Below are positions 54,896 to 64,000 of a DNA stretch of 64,000 bases, one piece after another. A model generated the notes under the pieces. It made no database searches. It was not told the origin of the DNA and worked only from the letters and a program-made list of their open reading frames with translations. This DNA is from the human T2T-CHM13v2.0 reference genome, Homo sapiens. The position numbers and the translations under genes were made by a program. The stretch lies in assembly GCF_009914755.1 (NCBI RefSeq), contig NC_060933.1; one strand, given 5' to 3'. How positions within the stretch are numbered: the first letter of the stretch is position 1; each line of letters opens with the position of its first letter.

Positions 54896-55016
54896 GGCGT
54901 CGAGACCTGGGCTCTATGTTATATTCAGTTCTATCATTTTATATCAAGAGGGTTCTGCACAGTAAATAAGAGATTTTTAAATAAAGTGATCTCATATCTT
55001 TGTTGGGTTTTGTTGA

Positions 55017-55343
<327 letters not shown>

Positions 55344-55744
55344 TGTTTTATTTATCTTTTTAATGACACTTAGATTCGTTTGTTAGAGATTAGGAGTACT
55401 ACTTGGAATTCAAGAAGCTCTTGTAGCCCCTGAATAAAATTTTATCTGTCGAAGCTAAGTCATGGAGAAGGAATTAAAACAGAACCAGAGAAGTTTCTTT
55501 ATTACATCTTTAAAGAACCACTTGCTTACAAAATTCCATTTATGCTAAGAAAACACACACAGGTACACACACATACACACAGGATGAGAATGATGGGGGC
55601 GGAATAATTTTAAATCTCAAAAGATTAATGACAGGGAAGTGGGACCTGAAGTTTCGAAGGATGATTAAAAAAAGAATTATTTTCTACACAGGTATTTCTT
55701 CTTTTGACTGTATTAGCTAAAGAATTTTATTTATTTACTTTTGT

Positions 55745-55867
55745 TCTTTTTTTTTTTTTTTTGCAATTTTGTTACATGCATAGATTGCATGTTGGTCAAG
55801 CCAGGCTTTTTAGGGTATTCAGCACCTGAATAACATACATTGTACCCATTAACTAATTTCTTATTCT
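55745..55867 (-). mobile_element. L1MA-type extreme 3' end fragment
   Basis: Poly-T followed by ttttgttacatgcatagattgcat..ggtcaag.caggc.ttttagggta...tacattgtacccatt. Confidence 0.75.
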
Positions 55868-56284
55868 GAACACTCAACTTGTGTTTGGTATTCTAAAATA
55901 AAAATAAGTAAGCCTTGGAGAACCAAATAAATTGTTAGCTATAAAAGTATCCTTATGAAATAATTTATGTTCCTTTTTAATGACTTTTCACTCTAATATT
56001 TCTTAGAAGTGCTCTTGTAAATGTCTAATGTATCCACAGGCTGTCGTCTTATTGGTCAAGGCAAAGTAACGACTTTGCCTATTTTACGCTTGTCTGTAGT
56101 ACTTCAAAATTACCTTTTCATATCCATGAACTTGAGTCAATTCTGGAGGATTTTAAAGAATTTGGTGCATTTAAATATACCATTCAATTAAATTGCTTGA
56201 GTTTTTGTTTGTGTATCTATGTTCCTGAAGGTGGTTCTATTTAAATTATTAAATTGCTGTAACAAATTTTTTAAAACTTATACA

Positions 56285-56376
56285 AAAGTGCTTTAGGATT
56301 ACAGGTGGCTCACTGCTGTAATCCTAGCACTTTGGGAGGCCGAGGCGGGCGGATCACGAGGTCAGGAGATCGAGAC
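56285..56376. mobile_element. Tailless fold-back AluY left-arm fragment (non-canonical insertion)
   Basis: Antisense piece aaagtgc(tt)taggattacagg fused to sense ggtggctcac...gagatcgagac; no poly-A, no TSD. Confidence 0.9.
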
Positions 56377-56526
56377 TAATTTTCTTTAAATTCTAACTTT
56401 ATTCACACGAGTCTTTCAAGTGCAGACTGGGAATGATTGAAGAAAAGCTTAGTGCATAGGCCAGTTGTTCTCATTTTAAGAATCACACAGGAATCCTGTA
56501 AAAATGGAGATTCTTTCTGAAGCCAT

Positions 56527-56648
56527 ATTAGACTATAAGCTCCGCAAGAGTAAGGATTTGTCGTTTTGTTCACTGCAGTATCCTCAGCACCTACAGTACC
56601 TGGAACATAACAGGTACTCAATAAATAATAGTGAATAAATGAATGAAA
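56527..56648 (+). mobile_element. L2 3' terminus
   Basis: tagactataagctcc...ttgttcactgcagtatcctcagcaccta...gtactcaataaat...gaatgaa. Confidence 0.85.
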
Positions 56649-56844
56649 ATCTAGTATGAAGACATCATGGGAACTTGCACCTTTAAAATTCCCTTTAGTG
56701 CTTCTGTTGTAGGGGGTCCTCCTGACCCAATCACAACTGAGAAACTTTATATTTTCTAATTATTCATCACTGTACAGATGTCATCACTATAGTGGGATTC
56801 TTTGCTACTTAATAGTTGTACTACTTTCTTGACTTTTCATTCCA

Positions 56845-57300
56845 AACATTTTTATTGCTAGATATAATATAGAGATAACTTAAATGTCAGCTTAGAAAAC
56901 TATTATAAAGCAAAAAGCTGTGTAACCATTATCCAGGTCAAGAAATAGAAAGTTGCCACTTTCTAGAATCCCCACCTTGTGACCCCTCCCTTCATAATAC
57001 CCTCTTTTTCTCTTAAGAGAATCACAACCATGACTTTGCTGATACTCGAATTCTTGCTTTTCTTTACTCTTTTCTCATCTAAACATACATCCCTAAGTAC
57101 AATAGTTTAGTTTTGTTCATATATAAGTGGAATCATACAGTTTATATTTTTGTGTCTGACTTTTTTTACTCAATGTATGTAAGAGCAATTCATCTAGGTT
57201 GCTGTGAATGTCTGTGTTTATTAATTTTTTGCTGTTTGTAGTTCCAGTGTACAGAAGAGTTAATCCAAATGACCTTATCATCATTACTACAAGGGGAAGT
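56845..57300 (-). mobile_element. L1ME-type 3' fragment
   Basis: tgtgtaaccattatccaggtcaagaaatagaa...atataagtggaatcatacagt...tcatctaggttgctgtg. Confidence 0.75.
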
Positions 57301-57564
57301 CAGATTGAGTTTCCTTACCTTTTCATCAGCAAGGGAGAATATAAATATAAATATAGGTGATTTAGATATATAGATACCATACAAGCATGGTATATATACA
57401 TCTGTACTTTAAGAGAGCATACCCGGTAAAGAAGTTGCATATATCAAGTAACAATTTCATCAGTTTGTGTTAATCGAAGTATATAAACCTGCTACTCAGA
57501 GCCTCCAAGTGAATTGAGTTGATAAAGGCTCTCTGCCTCTTACACTTCGGGTCACAGAGCCCAG

Positions 57565-57800
57565 GGAGAGTGTAGAGCCTAATGAAGAGTGTGGGCTTTA
57601 GAGTCAGGCTATCTGGGCTGGATCACTGTCTCTTTCATTACCATCTGTGTGCCCCAGGGCTACTTACTTACTCTTCATGAATCTTGGTTTTCTTGTGTAT
57701 AAAGGAGGGATTTTAATAATAGTTACTTCATAGGATTGTTGCAGTAATTAAAAAAAGATAGTGTCTGAGCAGCACTTGATTAATATTGGGTACTCACCAT
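57565..57800 (+). mobile_element. MIR
   Basis: aagagtgtgggctttagagtcag...ttaataatagttacttcataggattgttg. Confidence 0.8.
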
Positions 57801-58557
57801 GTGATAGGCCTGTCTCTAAAGACTTCTAACAGCCTTATGTGTAATTATTTCATTTAATTCTCCCTTAACTGAGAGATCCACAAAGGAAATGTTGGAAATG
57901 CAAATATATGAAAGACCAATACAACATGACGTCTGGATTTCTAAGATGCAATACATTTTATTCTAATTCTTCTGTGCATTTAAAAATAGCACAGAATAAC
58001 CCCTAAAAGTGAGTTCTAAAAGGTATTTAAAGGAATACTTGTGAGGAATGCTATTTTTTAATGTCTTTATTTTTAATGAACAATGACTCATTTCATAAAT
58101 AAAATTGTCTCTTTCTCTAGTTGTTTCCTCTGAACAAAGAAGGCTTATGTTATAAAGCAGAATTATGCTAGATTAAGAGCTTCTTTACCTTTTTCTGGAA
58201 AACTATATGTTGTAAGTCTGGAGGAATATATTAATGAGGAAATGAACCTCAAATGAGAGCTATGATAATATGAAAAAGATTTTAGTTATAATAATGATTG
58301 TTAACACTGATTAGTTGCTCATGTTTGTATAGTAACACTAAGCACTGAAGTAAGTACATGTGATGAGACGAGGTTTTGAGATAGTAATTTTTGTTTTCCT
58401 CTGTATGTCTCTCTTTTCTTTCACCTGATTTAATTAGAAAGTCAAAGCAGAAGGAGAAATGTGGGTCAGGGGAGTGAAGGGTCTCAGCAATAACCAGTGT
58501 GATCCCACATCCCCTCCCTCCTTCCCAAACAACTGGCTATTGTCTGAGAGTCTGGAA

Positions 58558-58876
58558 CTGTGCTATCCAATACGTTAGCCATGAGCCACATGTGCTATTG
58601 AGCACAAGAAATGTGACTAGTCTGAATTGCAATGTGCTAAGAATGTAAAATACATACCAGCCTTCAATGACTTCATACAAAACAATTAATGTAAAACACG
58701 TCATTAATTTTTGATATTGATTATATGCTTAATTGATCATATTTAAATATATTGAGTTAAATAAAATATATCATCAAAATTAAATTCATGTGTTTTTTCT
58801 AAGTTTTTGAAATGTGTCTTCTAGAAAATTTAAAGTTACATATACAACTCACCTTATATATCTATTAAGAACAGTG
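58558..58876. mobile_element. MER33 (hAT-Charlie MITE), full length
   Basis: tgctatccaata..tagcca.gagccacatgtgctattgagcac...; about 320 bp; 8-bp TSD gtctggaa 58550-58557 / gtctagaa 58877-58884. Confidence 0.88.
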
Positions 58877-59049
58877 GTCTAGAACTTGGAACAACCCTGA
58901 GAGTAGAGGGGCAATCTACAAAGGGCTGAGGTTAATTTACAAAACAGCCAGGTGGAGTGGGAGGTCTAAAAACAAATTAAATTGAGTTATTAAAATAAAT
59001 ATCTACCTCTGACATGCCTCAGTTTTGGGGCTGATATTTATAACTGTTG

Positions 59050-59230
59050 CACACAGCTGATCTTATTTAATTTTACCATAACGCTAAGAAAATATTATCT
59101 CTATTTTGAAGTTGAAGAAACCAAAACTTGGTTTAGTTAGTGCACTAAACCAAAATCACACAGCCAGGTACTAGATCGAAGCCAGGAAGTCTGCCTCTAA
59201 GTCCATAGTTTTAAGCACCATGCACTACTG
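59050..59230 (-). mobile_element. MIR fragment
   Basis: tattatctctattttgaagttgaagaaacc...atcacacagcc...gtctgcctctaag. Confidence 0.6.
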
Positions 59231-59734
59231 TGACTCTAGAATATAATGCCTGTATAAAATGTTTATAAAAATTGGTACATTGAGCATATATGATATACTC
59301 TTTCTTCTTCAAAGAACAAATAAAATTTAACTTCTCTAACTCAATGCTTGTCCCTAACTCTGAAAGACAGAATGAGAAGATTCAAATTCTGCATCCAAAG
59401 AGGTGTCTAGGTGCTTTCAGGTTCCATTCTTAGAGCACAGAAAATAACCTCTATACAATAATATATCATTCTTATGTTATGTTTGTATAGTTCCCCACAG
59501 TTTGCAAAACTTTGAGATATATTTATGTCATTTATGTGACAAAACTTTCATATAAATTATTTCTTTAATGAAACTTGGGAACTGGGAAAAGCTGAATGAC
59601 TTGCACAGGGTCTAACAACTCACCAGGCTTACGAGTCTCAGACTAGCTCTCTTGCCATTGCACCACATTATTTTCCGCAACACACCCTGTAGAAAATTAG
59701 CAAAATGAGGGCGTGGATATAATTTAGGAAGCTG

Positions 59735-59758
59735 GAGAGTGAAAGAGAGAAAGAGAGG

Positions 59759-59790
<32 letters not shown>
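59735..59790. repeat. (GA)n-rich tract
   Basis: gaaagagagaaagagagggagagaaa(ga)n. Confidence 0.9.
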
Positions 59791-60287
59791 AAGGATTTGG
59801 GGAACTGAATTAAGAGAAGAGGCACCATGGAAGAGGAGAACAGATAGATTTGACAGATAGTAGAAAGCAGAGTGCACATGATTTAGTGCCTTATAATTTT
59901 TGTGATGGGTGATTGTTTGTCAACTTGGCTGGGACATGGGATGCTCAGATACTTGGTTAAACATTATTTCTGAGTGTGTTTGTGAAAGCGTTCTAGATAA
60001 ATTAGCATTTGAGTCCACAGACTGAGCAAAGCAATTTGCCCAACCCAGTATGGGTGGGCATCATCCAATCCAATGAGGGATTAAATAGAGCAAAACTGTG
60101 GAGAAAGGGAGAATTCTCTATCCCTGCCTGTCTTCAAGCTGAGACATTGGTTTTCTCCTGAATTCAGACCTGAACTTATACCATCAGCTCTCCTGGTTTT
60201 CAGGCCTTTGGACGAGGACTGGAACTACACCACTGGCTCTCCTGGTCTCTAGCCTGTTGGTGGCTGATTGTAGGACTTCTCAGCCTC

Positions 60288-62554
60288 TGTATCTGTCCAT
60301 TTTCATGCTGCTGATAAAGACACACCCAAGACTAGGAAGAAAAAGAGGTTTAATTGGACTTACAGTTCCACATGACTGAGAAGGCCTCAGAATCATGGTA
60401 AGAAGCAAAAGGCACTTCTTACATGGTTGTGGCAAGAGAAAACAAAGAAGATGCAAAAGCAGAAACGCTTGATAAAACCATCAGATCTTGTGAGAATTAA
60501 TCACTACCATGAGAAAAGCATGGGGGAAACTGCCTCCATGATTGAAATTATCTCCCACCAGGTCCCTCCCACAACACGTAGGAATTATGGGAGTACCACT
60601 CAAATGAGATTTGGCTGGGGACACAGAGCCAAACCATATCACTCTGCCCCTGTCCCCTCCAAATCTCATGTCCTCACATTTTGAAACCAATCATGCCTTC
60701 CCAAAAGTCCCCCAAAGCCTTAACTCATTTCAGCATTAACCCAAAAGTTCACAGTCCAAAGGCTCATCTGAGACAAGGCGACTCCCTTCAGCCAATGAGC
60801 TGGTAAAATCAAAGGCAAGCTAGTTATTTCCTAGATACAATGGGGGTACAGGTATTGGGTAAGTACAGCCTGTTCCAAATGGAAGAAATTGACCAAAACA
60901 AAGGGGTTATAGGGCCCATGCAAGTCCGAAATCCAGCAGGGCAGTCAAATTTTAAAGCTCCAAAATGATCCCTTTGACTCCGGGTCTCACATCCAGGTCA
61001 TGCTGATGCAAGAGGTGGGTTCTCATGGTCTTGGGCAGCTCCACCCCTGTGGCTTTGCAGGGTACAGCCTCCCTCCAAGCTGCTTTCACAGGCTGGTGTT
61101 GAGTGTCTGTGGCTTTTCCAGGCGAATGGTGCAAGTTGTCGATGGATCTACCATTCTGGCATCTGGAGGACCGTGGCCCTCTTCTCACAGCCCCACTAGT
61201 CAGTGCCCCAGGAGGGACTCCGTGTGAGGGCTCTGACCCCACACTTCCCTTCCACACTGCCCTAGCAGAGGCTTACCATGAGCACCCTGCCCCTGCAGCA
61301 AGCTTCTCTCTGGGTATCCACGCATTTCCATACATCCTCTGAAATCTAGACGGAGGTTCCCAAGCCTCAATTCTTGACTTCTGTGCACTGATAGGCTCAA
61401 CACCACATGGAAGCTGCCAACACTTGAGGCTTGCACCATCTGGAGTCATGGCCCCAGCTCTACATTGGGCCCTTTCAGCCAACAGCTGGAGTGGCTGTGA
61501 CACAGGGTACCAAGTTCCTAGGCTGCACACAGCACACAGCAAGGGGACCCTGGGCCTGGCCCATGAAATCATTTTCTCCTAGGCCTCTGGGCCTGTGATT
61601 GGAGGGGCTGCTGTGAAGTCCTCTCACATGCCCTGAAGACGTTTTCCCCATTATCTTGGGGATTAACATTCGGCTCCTCGTTACTTATGCAAATTTCTGC
61701 AGTAAGCTTGAATTTCTCCTCAGAAAATGAGTTTTTCTTTTCTATTGCATTGTCAGGCTACTCTGCTTCCCTTATAAAACTGAATGCCTTTAACAGCACC
61801 CAAGTCATATCTTGAATGCTTTGCTGCTTAGAAATTTCTTCCATCAGATACTCTAAATCATCTCTCTCAAGTTTAAAGTTCCACAAATCTCTAGGGCAGG
61901 GGCAAAATGCCACCAGTCTCTTTGCTAAAATATAACAAGAGTCACCTTTGCCCCAGTTCCCAACAAGTTCCTCATCTCCATCTCAGACCACCTCAGCCTG
62001 GACCTTATTGTCCATATCATTACCAGGCTTTTCATCAAAGCCATTCCACAGGTATCTAGGAAGTTCCAAACTCTCTCACATTTTCCTGTCTGTTGAGCCC
62101 TCCAAACTGTTCCAACCTCTGCCTGTTACCCAGTTCCAAAGTCGCTTCCACATTTTCGAGTATCTTTTCAGCAACACTCCACTCTCCTGGTACCAATTTA
62201 CTGTATTAGTCCATTTTCACACTGCTGATAAAGACATACCCAACACTGGGAAGAAAAAGAGGCTTAATTGGACTTACAGTTCCACACAGCTGGGAGGCCT
62301 CAGAATCATGACGTAAGGCAAAAGGCACTTCTTATATAGTGGTGGCAGGAGAAAATGAGAAAGATACAAAAGCGGAAACCCCTGATAAAACCATCAGATC
62401 TCATGAGACTTAATCACTACCATGAGAACAATATGGGGGAAACCTCCGCCATGATTCAAATTATCTCCCACCAGATCCCTCCACGACACATTGGAATTAT
62501 GGGAGTAAAATTTGAGTTGAGATTTGGGTGGAGACACAGAGCCAAACCATATCA
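60288..62554 (-). mobile_element. THE1A MaLR provirus, full length (LTR 60288-60641, internal 60642-62201, LTR 62202-62554)
   Basis: Both LTRs run tgtat..gtccattttca...gaagaaaaagagg.ttaattggacttacag...ccaaaccatatca. Perfect 5-bp TSD GCCTC 60283-60287 / 62555-62559. Confidence 0.95.
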
Positions 62555-62670
62555 GCCTCCGTAATCATGTGAACAAATTCCTTATAATAATCAATAAATT
62601 ATCAACAATTATCTATCTATCTATAACTATGGCACACACCTGATCTCATTTAATTTTCACTGTAACCCTG

Positions 62671-62685
62671 GATAGATAGATAGAT

Positions 62686-62728
<43 letters not shown>
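62671..62728. repeat. Tetranucleotide STR (GATA)3 GAT (GATA)10 GAT
   Basis: Read directly from the sequence. Confidence 0.97.
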
Positions 62729-62756
62729 GTAGAAAGAGAAATATGGAAGCCCACTG

Positions 62757-63507
62757 GAGAAAAAAAAGTATAAAACCCTGGATGGGTTGATATCAGCAAG
62801 AGAGCTTTGATAAAGAGCCAACATTACAAGGCTTTATCCCTTCCCAATTATGCTAAGAATACAGTGGGCTTTCAGATGTACCAATAAGATATATAATTTA
62901 TATATGTATTTACATAAGTATTTTTATATAGACCACTTTCTTATTAATATATTTAATCATATGTCTACTGTTACCATTTCTCAGGAGACTCCTCACTAAT
63001 ATAATGCTGGAGGAAAGGGAGAAGGAGAAGGCAATGATGACGCCCAGGTCTGGCACCTAGAGGTGTTGCCAAGTGTTAGTCATTGAACAATAACTGTACT
63101 GAAAATGTAAAAAAAAAATAACTTTCCACCTTTCAGATTATGACAGTTTTCCATTCCACCCCCCCAACTTTTTAGCAAGCACAAATTCATCAAAGCTATA
63201 TATTTTTTTCAAACTCAAATACATGTATATTTAGTTCTTTTTCTCTGAGTGGGTTTGGCCCTTGATGTATAATTTTCCTCCCTATGTTGAGTTGATGAGA
63301 CTGAATAACTGAAGGAGTTAAGTTTTGGTATAAGTTGCTTGTTAGCTGTACTGAACATTTGAGAGAGAAAAAACACTATAAAATCCTGGATGGGTTTATA
63401 TCAGCAAGAGTAAGAGTGTGGAGAGGCTGGGTAAAAAGCAAACATTACAAGACTTTATCCCTTCCGTTCCCAATTATGCTGAGAAAACAATGGGCTTCCA
63501 GATGTAC
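62757..63507 (+). repeat. Diverged local direct duplication: copy A 62757-62881, copy B 63365-63507
   Basis: Shared blocks cctggatgggtt.atatcagcaagag, aacattacaag.ctttatcccttcc, ttcccaattatgct, tgggctt.cagatgtac. Confidence 0.9.
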
Positions 63508-63614
63508 TGTGGGGAACAAGATAACCAAGGTTTTCTTTAACTCACTACCTCCAAGTCCCATTTTCAAATTGTGCACTTGACTTCATTTAAAAGATCAAAT
63601 ACTAAAGTCTTGAA

Positions 63615-63660
63615 ACACACACATACACACTCACAAAAACACACATACATACATACACAT
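63615..63660. repeat. (CA)/(CATA) low-complexity repeat
   Basis: acacacacatacacactcac...acatacatacatacac. Confidence 0.75.
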
Positions 63661-64000
63661 TATAGGTACTTAAGAAAGAAGTGGCTACTTATGCTGCTGA
63701 AAGGATCTTGGTGAGCTCTTGACTTTCAAGGAGGTCATTTATGGTTTTCTTTTTTCCGTTTTTCTTCTGCTAATGGTTTCCTTTAATGTTATCTTCCCTT
63801 TGATGATTTATCTGTTTGATAGAGACTCCAAAGAAGGTAACAAGGAAAATGAGATACTAAAAATGGTTCTCAGCTGACTTAAAAAAAGATTTTTAAGGCA
63901 GCAAATTGTCCATGGCAACCATACACAACTTACAAGCATTCTAAGGACCCAGAAACATTTTCATGACAGGAGCTACGCAATATTCACCAGCTCTTCCTGT

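Larger units (their letters stand above)
59901..63003 (+). mobile_element. MLT2 (ERVL) solo LTR, interrupted: pieces 59901-60287, about 62560-62630 and about 62960-63003
   Basis: TGTGATGG..TGTCAACTTGGCTGGG start; ggtgggcatcatccaatc; ggacttctcagcctc|cgtaatcatgtg rejoins across THE1A; end tttctcaggaga.tcct.actaata.a. Confidence 0.85.

Noticed and set aside
60427-62564. Cluster of 64-122-aa ORFs
   Set aside because: All lie within THE1A LTR or internal sequence and are fragmented, with no intact retroviral domain.

Overview
Primate (human or great-ape-like) nuclear DNA. It is AT-rich and CpG-poor with no CpG island, and looks intronic or intergenic. No protein-coding gene, RNA gene or CRISPR array can be supported. 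The ORF track consists of chance ORFs, simple-repeat translations and Alu/THE1/L1/L3 read-throughs. The window is a layered repeat landscape: about 13 Alu/FLAM/FRAM-derived pieces (many with readable target-site duplications, TSDs), a full-length THE1A provirus nested in an MLT2 LTR, a solo MER41A LTR, LTR33- and MLT1-type LTR remnants, old L1M fragments, many MIR/L2 remnants, an L3/CR1 RT remnant, hAT-Charlie MITEs and microsatellites. Subfamily names come from recalled consensus motifs, not a RepeatMasker run, and boundaries of old repeats are approximate. I found no new multi-gene system. The most unusual signals are scars of local DNA-templated copying. (i) A tailless fold-back Alu fragment at 56285-56376 appears to have been copied from the AluY about 1 kb upstream, since they share two non-consensus bases. 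(ii) An older copy of downstream flank (63365-63507) sits inside the MLT2 LTR (62757-62881). There is also a mosaic AluS/AluY element with a perfect TSD, close inverted Alu pairs, and several candidate enhancer motif clusters.
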